From: Planctomycetaceae bacterium
GTDB taxonomy: Bacteria; Planctomycetota; Phycisphaerae; Sedimentisphaerales; UBA12454
Assembly: GCA_021371795.1 (NCBI GenBank)
Contig: JAJFVK010000021.1
Location: 125,467 to 189,466, forward strand
Length of the DNA: 64,000 nt
Direction: 5' to 3'
The translations under genes were made by a program, and so were the position numbers. The notes under the pieces are model-generated. The model did not search any database. It worked only from the letters and a program-made list of their open reading frames with translations, and had not been told where the DNA came from. Below, in pieces: positions 47,426 to 55,965 of the stretch. Positions within the stretch are counted from its first letter, which is position 1. Each line of letters opens with the position of its first letter.

Positions 47426-48238
47426 ATGCGGAAAATTCATTGGATAACTATCGTTATTATTTTGCTCATTCCTATTAGCGGAATTTTATTTTATCCATAT
47501 ATGCCTGAAAAAATGGGAACACACTGGCAATTCAGCAAAACCCCCGACGGCTATATGGATAAATTTTCCGGAACATTCGTAACCGCGTTAATTTGCATTG
47601 CGTCACCGGCATTTTTATTGTTTATAAACATCGCTGTTTCCGTATTAGCAGATAAAAACAAATCAAAAAGCATCGCCCTGTTTTTCATGGATTATTTCAC
47701 TTTAATTTTATCCTTGTTTTTGGCAGGCTCATATATCGCTGTGCTCATTTGGAACTGCGGCGTGGATTTCAGTGTTCCAATTTTTATGAGCACAGGTGTC
47801 GCTGTATTAATAATATCGATTTTGATGTTAATCATATCCCTTATGCGTCAGCAGCAAAAATCGGAATCTTCTGCAATCACTGAAAATATAAATTTTTCCG
47901 ACGGCAAATATAAAGACAGCCTGATTGAAATCTCCGGCAATAATATGATTTTCAAAGATTATTATTTCCCGATGGGCAGTAAAAAGGTGAATCTTTCGCA
48001 GGTGGATTATGTTAAGGCTCTTAAGCCCACGGTTTGGAATGGCAAATGGCGAATGCATGGCACAGGAGATTTACTTTTCAGAATCTGGTTTCCGGCCGAT
48101 TATAACAGGCCAAACAGAGATATGATTTTCATATTGAAAATAAAAAATAAATGGACAAAAGTCGGCTTCACAGTTGAAAACTCAAAAGCAGTATCAGTTT
48201 TTTTTAAGACAAAAGGATTGTTAAGACAAAATAATTAA
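47426..48238 (+). CDS. DUF1648 (SdpI/YhfL-like N-terminus) polytopic membrane protein with a C-terminal PH-like domain
   Basis: 270 aa. DUF1648-like motif YMPEKMGTHWQFSKTPDGYMDKF, four TM helices, and a soluble C-terminal beta-rich domain. Very AT-rich. Confidence 0.45.
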   Translation: MRKIHWITIVIILLIPISGILFYPYMPEKMGTHWQFSKTPDGYMDKFSGTFVTALICIASPAFLLFINIAVSVLADKNKSKSIALFFMDYFTLILSLFLAGSYIAVLIWNCGVDFSVPIFMSTGVAVLIISILMLIISLMRQQQKSESSAITENINFSDGKYKDSLIEISGNNMIFKDYYFPMGSKKVNLSQVDYVKALKPTVWNGKWRMHGTGDLLFRIWFPADYNRPNRDMIFILKIKNKWTKVGFTVENSKAVSVFFKTKGLLRQNN

Positions 48239-48248
48239 TTTTGTATCT

Positions 48249-48908
48249 TTGTGTCTTCGTGACCAGTATAAAAAAATGGAAATAAAAAACGCAAAAATTG
48301 AATCATTTTTTAAAAGCTTTACTTTCAGTCTGCTGTTGTGTCTGTTTGGGAGTTATTTTTGTATAACAGGCATAAAATCGCTGATAGAAAAATTTGATTT
48401 TGTTCAATTATTATGGCTTGTTTACAATGTAACTATTTCATTGCTGTTCCTGATTCGAAGCCGCCCTTCTGTTGTAAGTATGAATCCTCTGCACTGGATA
48501 ATCGCACTAATTACATCATTTTCAGGCTTCTTCTTTTCAAGGGCAGATGTAAATCACAATCCAATTATTTTAATATTTTTAGATGCGATGATAATTTTTG
48601 CAGTGCTTTTGGGAATCATAACAGCACTTATACTCGGCAGAAGCTATGATTTTCTGCCTGCGTTAAGAGTTGTTAAAACAAAATATATTTACAATCTTGT
48701 CAGACACCCAATGTATTTGTCGTCAAGCCTCATTAAGATTGTATATACCTTGAAAAATCCGCTGTATTATAATATTATGCTTTTAGTAGTTGTCATTTTT
48801 CTTTATGATAAACGTGCGAAATATGAAGAAAAAGTTTTGTCGAACGATAACTCATATTCGAAATACATGCGAAAAACAAAATGTCGTTTTGTTCCGGGGA
48901 TTTATTGA
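48249..48908 (+). CDS. Isoprenylcysteine carboxyl methyltransferase (ICMT/PEMT) family membrane methyltransferase
   Basis: 219 aa, polytopic. C-terminal signature NLVRHPMYLSSSL...YDKRAKYEE (RHPxY...EE). Start is 48249 or 48276. Very AT-rich. Confidence 0.65.
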   Translation: MCLRDQYKKMEIKNAKIESFFKSFTFSLLLCLFGSYFCITGIKSLIEKFDFVQLLWLVYNVTISLLFLIRSRPSVVSMNPLHWIIALITSFSGFFFSRADVNHNPIILIFLDAMIIFAVLLGIITALILGRSYDFLPALRVVKTKYIYNLVRHPMYLSSSLIKIVYTLKNPLYYNIMLLVVVIFLYDKRAKYEEKVLSNDNSYSKYMRKTKCRFVPGIY

Positions 48909-48910
48909 TT

Positions 48911-49633
48911 ATGAAATTTTTTATTTACATCAGTATAATTTTTTTACAGGCTCAATATGCTTATTCCAAAATTGAATTAGATCATCAGCTGTGTGAGTCA
49001 GTTATAAATGCTAAAACATTAACAATTGAGGTTATATCAGTAAATAATGCTTTGACTTCAGATAAAATCATAAAGGATGCGATTAATTATTTTAAGCCCT
49101 ATATTACCGGCGAAATAAAAATTCTCGATTGCAATAATATAAAATTAAACCTGGGCGATGATAACGCAATTTCAAGAAAGCAAATTGACGAAATCGCAAG
49201 TTCTAAAAAACATAACCCAACATGGATAACCATAATCGTTTGCCCAAGTATGGATTTCTTGCAAAGGAAAGGTTTCTTTAATTATACTGCGTTAAAAGAC
49301 AAGCCAGAATTATGTCAGCAGTTTATAGCTATTAATAAACAAATCTGCGATGCACACGCGGCTTCGATACCCTTTGTTTCATCTGAACAATTAACATCGC
49401 TTGTGATTTTGCATGAATTGTGCCATTCTTTGAGGGTTCCCGCTCGAAAAGAACATATGATAAAAGGCAATGCAGGCCATTGTTCGAATCCAAACTGTAT
49501 TTTATATCCAAAGATTGATTTTATTTCTTCCATGAGTGCAATACTTCATCTTGGGCCACCAAAAAAACTTTGTAAAATGTGCCAGGAAGAAGTTTTTGCA
49601 GTGCAAAAAACTGAAAATATTAATAAAAATTAA
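48911..49633 (+). CDS. Putative secreted zinc metallopeptidase, archaemetzincin-like (HExxH plus Cx4C and CxxC)
   Basis: Start at MKFFIYISIIFLQAQYAYS (signal-peptide-like); the ORF track gives 48881. Contains HELCH...GHCSNPNC...CKMC. The spacing is atypical for M54, so this is tentative. Confidence 0.45.
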   Translation: MKFFIYISIIFLQAQYAYSKIELDHQLCESVINAKTLTIEVISVNNALTSDKIIKDAINYFKPYITGEIKILDCNNIKLNLGDDNAISRKQIDEIASSKKHNPTWITIIVCPSMDFLQRKGFFNYTALKDKPELCQQFIAINKQICDAHAASIPFVSSEQLTSLVILHELCHSLRVPARKEHMIKGNAGHCSNPNCILYPKIDFISSMSAILHLGPPKKLCKMCQEEVFAVQKTENINKN

Positions 49634-49644
49634 AATAAGGTTTT

Positions 49645-50319
49645 ATGGAAACAGTTTTAATAATAGAAGATGATTCATCGATGATGCGAGGCTTGAAGGA
49701 TAACTTCGCTTATGCCGGATATAATGTTTTAACCGCAATGGACGGCGAAAAAGGGCTTGAAGCTGCGCTGAATGCAAAGCCGGATTTGATTCTTCTCGAT
49801 ATTATGCTGCCGAAGATTAACGGCTTTGAAATTTGCAGATTGATACGCAAAGAAAATCTCGATATGCCGATTATAATGCTGACCGCCAAAGGCGAAGAAT
49901 CGGATATAATCCTCGGCCTCAATCTCGGCGCAGATGATTATGTTACAAAGCCATTCAGTATTAAAGAGCTTCTGGCAAGAGCGGCCGCGTTTTTACGTCG
50001 CAGGAAACACAAAGAAAAGGAAAGTTTTAAATTCGGTGATTTTCAGTTCGATATTTCCGCCAGAAAACTCTCGAAAAAAGGAAAAGAAATCGAGCTATCG
50101 CCCAAGGAATATAAGCTGCTGGAATTTTTCCTCAAAAAGCAGGGGAAAGCGCTGACCCGTGATGAAATATTGAACGCCGTTTGGGGCTATAACAGCTTTA
50201 CAGGCCATCGCAGCGTTGACAGATTCGTAACAACCCTGCGAAATAAAATCGAACCCGACGCGGACAATCCCGTCTTTATCCACACACTCCGCGAAATCGG
50301 CTATAAATTTTTAGATTGA
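49645..50319 (+). CDS. OmpR-family response regulator (receiver plus winged-helix DNA-binding domain)
   Basis: 224 aa. Phospho-acceptor Asp in LILLDIMLP; the C-terminal wHTH carries the conserved OmpR/PhoB residues. Confidence 0.85.
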   Translation: METVLIIEDDSSMMRGLKDNFAYAGYNVLTAMDGEKGLEAALNAKPDLILLDIMLPKINGFEICRLIRKENLDMPIIMLTAKGEESDIILGLNLGADDYVTKPFSIKELLARAAAFLRRRKHKEKESFKFGDFQFDISARKLSKKGKEIELSPKEYKLLEFFLKKQGKALTRDEILNAVWGYNSFTGHRSVDRFVTTLRNKIEPDADNPVFIHTLREIGYKFLD

Positions 50320-50328
50320 AATATATCT

Positions 50329-51126
50329 ATGGATGAACAGTTTATGGAACATAAAAAAGTAGCTGAATATTGGAATCAAAACGCCGAGGCATGGACAAAA
50401 CTTTCCCGAATGGGCTGCGATATTTATCGTGACCATTTAAACACGCCCGCCTTTTTCGAGATACTACCCGATATAAATGGCTTGAACGGTCTGGACATCG
50501 GTTGCGGCGAAGGACACAACACACGCAAAGCCGCACAGCTTGGCGCAAAAATGTCCGCTATTGACATCAGTTCTGAATTTATAAAATATGCCAAAGAATC
50601 GGAAGCAAAAGAACCGCTCGGCATTGAATACAAAGAAGCAAACGCAATTGCACTGCCATTTGAAGATAATACATTTAATTTCGCGATTGCAAATATGAGT
50701 TTTATGGACATACCAGAAACGGATAAAGCCATAAAAGAAGCATATCGAATCTTAAAGCCTGACGGATTTCTCCAGTTTTCAATCAGTCACCCCTGTTTTC
50801 ACACACCGAAATGGGAATGGTTGACAGGCGAAAACGGCAAACCGATCGCTTTAAAATGTGGCGATTATTTTCACGAATTTAACGGTGAAACTGAAGAATG
50901 GATATTCAGTGCTGCGCCGGATGAATTGAAAAATAAATATCCGAAATTTAAAATACCTCGTTTTATGATGCCTTTGAGCAAATGGCTCAATTTGCTTATT
51001 GAAACAGGTTTCGCTCTCGATAAATTTTATGAGCCAACGCCCAATGATGAAACTGTCAAAAAATTTCCTTCACTTTCGTACACACAGGTTGTAGCATGGT
51101 TTTTGATAATTAGATGCAGAAAATAA
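50329..51126 (+). CDS. Class I SAM-dependent methyltransferase
   Basis: 265 aa. Motif I LDIGCGEGHNT; methyltransferase type 11-like. Confidence 0.7.
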   Translation: MDEQFMEHKKVAEYWNQNAEAWTKLSRMGCDIYRDHLNTPAFFEILPDINGLNGLDIGCGEGHNTRKAAQLGAKMSAIDISSEFIKYAKESEAKEPLGIEYKEANAIALPFEDNTFNFAIANMSFMDIPETDKAIKEAYRILKPDGFLQFSISHPCFHTPKWEWLTGENGKPIALKCGDYFHEFNGETEEWIFSAAPDELKNKYPKFKIPRFMMPLSKWLNLLIETGFALDKFYEPTPNDETVKKFPSLSYTQVVAWFLIIRCRK

Positions 51127-51896
51127 GGAAAACTAAAATGAAAAAAATGATTTACACGATTGTAATTATTGGCGGCCTGTTTTTTGTCGGCTGTAACCTC
51201 AAAGAAAAATATACCCGAACGGTTGAAATGCCTTTACCAATCAGTAATGGGCAAAAATTGATTGTCAGCACGGATGTCGGCTCAATTACCATTTGCGAAA
51301 GCAACCTGCCGCAGCCGAAATTCAATGCGGAAATTATCGGCAAGGGCGAAACCGTCGAAGAAGCCCAAAAAGTCGCCGAGAGCATTAACATAACGGTTGA
51401 AAACAACATCAGCGGCAGTGTGAGCCTCGTAATCAAAAAGCCGGTCGAAATAAAAAGCGATTGGTTTTCCGTGAATTATACGATTTATACTCCCGCAAAC
51501 GTAAATCTCGACTGCAAAACAGACGTCGGCAATATAAACATCAACAACATCAAAGGCGATATCGTCGCATCGTGCGATGTCGGCAATATCAATTGCGCAA
51601 ATGTCAGCGGAAAATTAGATTTGAAAACCGATGTAGGAGATATTCGCACAGACTACACGCCGGCCGCAGGCATCACTGACGCCAGATTATCCACAGACGT
51701 CGGCAGCATCCATTTTAAAGGCCCGGAAAATATGTCTGCTAATATTGATGCAGCCACTGACGTAGGCAATATCAATTCCGACCAGCCCGGCGTAAAGAAA
51801 AAAGACGGTTGCGAAGAAAAATTTGACGGCACTATCGGCAAAGGTGAAGGCGATGTAAGATTGCGAACCGATGTCGGCTCGATAAATATTAAATAA
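51114..51896 (+). CDS. Lipoprotein with DUF4097-type (putative adhesin) repeats
   Basis: 260 aa. Lipobox FFVGC and seven iterations of [TC]DVG[SND]I.. Confidence 0.6.
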   Translation: MQKIRKTKMKKMIYTIVIIGGLFFVGCNLKEKYTRTVEMPLPISNGQKLIVSTDVGSITICESNLPQPKFNAEIIGKGETVEEAQKVAESINITVENNISGSVSLVIKKPVEIKSDWFSVNYTIYTPANVNLDCKTDVGNININNIKGDIVASCDVGNINCANVSGKLDLKTDVGDIRTDYTPAAGITDARLSTDVGSIHFKGPENMSANIDAATDVGNINSDQPGVKKKDGCEEKFDGTIGKGEGDVRLRTDVGSINIK

Positions 51897-51907
51897 GACC
51901 TGTTATT

Positions 51908-51978
51908 AATCACTGAATACGCAGATTACGCTGATTATATTTTAATTATTTCTGTGTAATCCGTGTAATCAGCGATTA
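51908..51978. repeat. REP-like palindromic intergenic element, copy 2
   Basis: aatcactgaatacgcagattacgctgattat...ccgtgtaatcagcgatt. About 75% identical to copy 1. Lies between convergent genes. Confidence 0.5.
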
Positions 51979-51999
51979 AACAAATAGTACAGAAAACCG

Positions 52000-53091
52000 C
52001 TACTGCAAACTATCCGGCTCGACTCTTTGGTCTTTGGGCAGATGTTTTCCGGTGATGTGAATAATCACGCCGGGGATTGAAGTCAGCAGCCAGATAATTC
52101 GCTGCGCAAGACCAAGACCAAGCCCCTGCTCTGTCGTAACCTGTGCGACCTGACTGAACAGCCCTTTAAGTCCGAGTTCCATAACGCCCGCCCCGCCCAC
52201 GCTGATTGGAATAACGCCGATGACCCACGACAGCGGAAAGAAAACATAATAATATTTGACGTGCGCTTCGATGCCCAGATTCCTGCCGACTAAATACAAA
52301 CCGAAAATCGGAAGCGACTGACATACAAAGCCAAGCAGTATCGCGAAAAACAGCGTCAACGGCTTGCTGCAATATAATTTTACCGCATTTACAATTTGAT
52401 TGCGCCACATCTTCCACTTCATCATAAAAATAAAACCGTACATCAGCAGCTTAGGCCGAAATTTTCGGCTCTTGAACATAATAAACAGCGTCAGCGCAGC
52501 CAGCACTAAAAGCCCGACAACGCCGATTACGAGTTTGATTAAAAGAGATACGATATTAAATTGAAAATCCAGATGCGTCCCGCTATCGCCGGATGGTATG
52601 AGCCAGTAAGCCAGAAAAATCAGACTGAACGTACAAAACGTCCCGATGCACCTGTCAACAAAAACGCTCAACACTGCTTCAAGTTTTTTATCCGTATGCT
52701 TCGTAACATACCACGCGCGAAGAGCGTCGCCGCCGACGGAACTCGGCAGACAATTATTATAAAACAAACCGAGGAAGTGAAGTTTGACTGCCTGAATATA
52801 GGAAATTGCAATTTGCTGGGCGCGCAGCAGGAGCAGCCATCGAAAAACAAAAATTAATTGCCCTGCCAGACTAAGCGCAATCGCGGCGATAATGACAGAC
52901 ACATTCAGCTTGCTGAAATTACCGATAAGTTCTTTTATATTTACGCCTTTGAACGCAAAACATAAAGCTGCCGCCGCTATCAGAAGCCTGATAAGATTTG
53001 CCGTGTGTTTATTTGCTTTCTTTTTTGTCGCCAAAACTTTCCCTTTAAATTTGAATCGAGGTATGATAATCTGTAAAACATTATTAATCAA
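52000..53091 (-). CDS. UPF0104 / lysylphosphatidylglycerol-synthase-TM-like (YbhN-family) membrane protein
   Basis: 363 aa. About eight TM helices and a basic N-terminus. The family call is tentative. Confidence 0.45.
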   Translation of the reverse strand: MINNVLQIIIPRFKFKGKVLATKKKANKHTANLIRLLIAAAALCFAFKGVNIKELIGNFSKLNVSVIIAAIALSLAGQLIFVFRWLLLLRAQQIAISYIQAVKLHFLGLFYNNCLPSSVGGDALRAWYVTKHTDKKLEAVLSVFVDRCIGTFCTFSLIFLAYWLIPSGDSGTHLDFQFNIVSLLIKLVIGVVGLLVLAALTLFIMFKSRKFRPKLLMYGFIFMMKWKMWRNQIVNAVKLYCSKPLTLFFAILLGFVCQSLPIFGLYLVGRNLGIEAHVKYYYVFFPLSWVIGVIPISVGGAGVMELGLKGLFSQVAQVTTEQGLGLGLAQRIIWLLTSIPGVIIHITGKHLPKDQRVEPDSLQ

Positions 53092-53109
53092 GATTTAAAG
53101 GAACTTAAA

Positions 53110-53526
53110 TTGTCAGCAAATAAAGAAATCGAGTTGGGCACGAATTTTGAACCGAAATTTGACGCAAACGGCCTTATCACAGCCATTTCGCAGGACGCAA
53201 ACACCGGCGACGTTCTAATGGTCGCGTATATGAATAAAGAGGCTTTGGATTTGACAATCCAGACCGGCAACGCTGTATTTTACAGTCGCAGCAGAAAGAA
53301 ACTCTGGAAGAAAGGCGAGGAAAGCGGCCACGTCCAGAAAGTAAAACAGATTTTAGCAGACTGCGACCAGGATTGTTTGATTTTGAAAGTTGAAGTTGAC
53401 CAGGGACAGTGCCACGTCGGTTATCAATCGTGCTTTTACAGAGCATTGAAAAAAGGCACAAAAGCAGAACTGGAATTCATCGCAGAAAAAGTGTACGACC
53501 CCGAACAGGCATACAAGAAAAAATAA
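53110..53526 (+). CDS. hisI: Phosphoribosyl-AMP cyclohydrolase
   Basis: 138 aa. Conserved DCDxDxL...C(H)xGxxSCF zinc/magnesium-site pattern (DCDQDCLILKVEVDQGQCHVGYQSCFY). Confidence 0.8.
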   Translation: MSANKEIELGTNFEPKFDANGLITAISQDANTGDVLMVAYMNKEALDLTIQTGNAVFYSRSRKKLWKKGEESGHVQKVKQILADCDQDCLILKVEVDQGQCHVGYQSCFYRALKKGTKAELEFIAEKVYDPEQAYKKK

Positions 53527-53532
53527 TATGCT

Positions 53533-54864
53533 TTACGATTTACGGCGAAAAATCTTACAGATGCTCTGCCACATATAATCCAACAGAAGCAGGGACGACA
53601 CTAAAGCTATTTTCGCCATTTGCCAGCAAGTGAGAAGACCGCCGTTGTGTATCGTCTTAAATACCTTAACGACTTGTGCCGGCCGATACCAAAAACGACG
53701 GCGAATCCGATTGCGAATCTGTTTTAGTCTCTGCCTGCCAAATTCTTTAGAGTATATGTTTCCCTTTTCGTTGATCCAGTAGCCGGGCGTACTTTCAACC
53801 AATTCTCGCAACGGCGTGAACTTATCCACGCGAAGCTTGCTCAAGTTAATCATATGCACGCCAAGTTCTCTGGCGAAGTCAGGTATGGCCAGCATTTCCT
53901 CTTCAGTCTCACCAACATTGCCATAGATAAAGTATGCGTGGTAAAAGAATGGGAAATTTCTAAATACTTTAAAAGCATCACGAATCTGCTGTGTGTTAAA
54001 GCCCTTGTTCATCTGTTCGAGGATTCTATCGCTTGCCGATTCAATACCCATCAGCAGTACACGAAATCCTGCTTTGTACGCTTTTTCCAGCATACGCGGA
54101 TGTTTGGACGCTTCGATTCTTGCATTGGCAAAGTATAATTTTTTGATTCCTCGTTCGATAATGAGATCGCATATACGCTCGGCGCGAGTTGAATTGACGA
54201 AGAAATTATCGTCAGCGAAAATAATCATATCGCCCCTGCTCGCTTCGATTTCATCTACCACCGACTCCGGCGTTCGAGCGACATACTCACGCTTCTGCCC
54301 CAGAGGATTCATACTGAATGTACAAAATTTGCATTTGTATGGGCATCCTCGTGAACCAAGAATAGTATCAAACTCTATCGGCAGCAGCTTTACGCCGTGC
54401 AAGACGGGAAAATATCGGCTTTGCCGCAGGCTTCTGTCCGGCGGTAAAATATCTTCTATCGGCTGGAGCGGCCGGTTTGGATTGTGAATAATTTTGCCAT
54501 CGCGTCTGTATGACAAACCGAGAATTTGTTCCCACGGCAGTCCATCCGCAAGCTCCTGAATGGTCTGCTCGCCCTCTCCGCGAACAACAACATCTACATT
54601 GCTGCATCGCAGAAAAATATCTTCAACTCTATCGGTTGCCTCGCGCCCGCCGACAACGGTTGTTTTACCAGCAGGTAATTGGTTTATATAATTACAAACT
54701 TTGTCGTACTGTGCTCGCCAGCCGATACTGATGCAAATCAAATCGATTTTGTTCGTGATGAACTCGAACATTTTTTGAGGCGGTTGTAAAGTTCGCTTAT
54801 GACGGAGGTCGATTAAGCTGATTTCGCCAACGTGCCCTTTTAACGCGGTCGCTATATATTCCAA
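53533..54864 (-). CDS. B12-binding-domain radical SAM protein
   Basis: 443 aa. N-terminal cobalamin-binding-like domain and CxxxCxxC (GCPYKCKFC). Confidence 0.75.
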   Translation of the reverse strand: MEYIATALKGHVGEISLIDLRHKRTLQPPQKMFEFITNKIDLICISIGWRAQYDKVCNYINQLPAGKTTVVGGREATDRVEDIFLRCSNVDVVVRGEGEQTIQELADGLPWEQILGLSYRRDGKIIHNPNRPLQPIEDILPPDRSLRQSRYFPVLHGVKLLPIEFDTILGSRGCPYKCKFCTFSMNPLGQKREYVARTPESVVDEIEASRGDMIIFADDNFFVNSTRAERICDLIIERGIKKLYFANARIEASKHPRMLEKAYKAGFRVLLMGIESASDRILEQMNKGFNTQQIRDAFKVFRNFPFFYHAYFIYGNVGETEEEMLAIPDFARELGVHMINLSKLRVDKFTPLRELVESTPGYWINEKGNIYSKEFGRQRLKQIRNRIRRRFWYRPAQVVKVFKTIHNGGLLTCWQMAKIALVSSLLLLDYMWQSICKIFRRKS

Positions 54865-55066
54865 CCCTGTCGGGGGAAAGAAGTCCAGACCAGTCCCTTT
54901 GTCCTTGGGAAAATAAGGATACAGGCATAGTGCATGGTGATATTTATGATGCTCTGCTATATTTTGTTCCTGAATTAAAAATTCAGCAAAAAATCATTTT
55001 TGCTTACTCACCTCTATTTATCCTATCCGTTCCGCACATAAAAAACCACTATTATTTTAATTTCTT

Positions 55067-55804
55067 TTAATAACTGTGAAGGCCTGCGAAAATTCTTGAG
55101 AAATTCACAATGATTACGCCAAATATTATCATCAAAAACGCTATGATACCCCAGAGGCAATTCAATTGCAAAAATTTTGGGCCGTAAAATTTTCTGAAAA
55201 TTATAAATGCCAGATAAACAAACCACACAGCAAGCGAAAAAGTCTCTTTCGGGTCCCAACTCCACCAGTTTCCCCACGCCGATGCCGCCCATATACTGCC
55301 TATAATAATGCCTGCCGTCAGCAGAGGAAAACCAAGACATATCAATCTATACGCCTCGTTTTCCATTTCAGCGTTTTTGCTCAACAGGCATTTGCCTGAA
55401 AAATATGCAGCCTGCAAAAAAAAAACATAAGAAAGAAGACTCGCGAAAATATGCGGCACAAAATAAATGCTTTTGAGGTTATGCGATTTAACCGGCAGGA
55501 TCCGCGAATAAAAAATTAAAACCACAACAGCCAAAAGAAAAACCGAAACGATAATGTCTTTTTTACTCCATCTAAACCACATCCGGATTGTTAAATATAT
55601 TTGCCTTGCACTACCGAACTCCAAAACCATCGCGACAAACAACAATGCCAAACTAATTAATAGGCTTTCCCCCGGTATAGTGCTGAAAAACGCCCCGCAC
55701 CAGCCCGCTCCCATCATAGAACCAATAACGCAAACCATTGCTGCAAAAAGCGTTAAGACAATATTTGCCCAAAGACACAGTCTTTTCAAACCATCCATAG
55801 CCAT
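55067..55804 (-). CDS. ccsA: Cytochrome c-type biogenesis protein CcsA/CcmC family (haem-handling WWD domain)
   Basis: 245 aa, polytopic. Tryptophan-rich WAASAWGNWWSWDPKE motif. Confidence 0.65.
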   Translation of the reverse strand: MAMDGLKRLCLWANIVLTLFAAMVCVIGSMMGAGWCGAFFSTIPGESLLISLALLFVAMVLEFGSARQIYLTIRMWFRWSKKDIIVSVFLLAVVVLIFYSRILPVKSHNLKSIYFVPHIFASLLSYVFFLQAAYFSGKCLLSKNAEMENEAYRLICLGFPLLTAGIIIGSIWAASAWGNWWSWDPKETFSLAVWFVYLAFIIFRKFYGPKFLQLNCLWGIIAFLMIIFGVIIVNFSRIFAGLHSY

Positions 55805-55865
55805 ACCTTAATATATATGATAACTTTACCTACAAAACCGGTCTACTTACAACATTAAAATGCTA

Positions 55866-55893
55866 TTGCATAAATTTTAATTGTTACTATAAT
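55866..55893 (+). promoter_or_regulatory. Candidate sigma70-type promoter: TTGCAT-N16-TATAAT
   Basis: TTGCATAAATT...ACTATAAT. The extended sequence is nearly identical to the rpsO promoter. An AGGAG SD lies before the ATG at 55966. Confidence 0.45.
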
Positions 55894-55965
55894 ACCGTCT
55901 TTCACGAACTATATAACATAATAAAACTTTACAATAGCTGAATTTATATTAGGAGCAAAAATAAA

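Noticed and set aside
55023-55340. ORF 55023-55340, same strand as ccsA but in another frame
   Set aside because: It overlaps ccsA, whose conserved WWD motif establishes the true frame.
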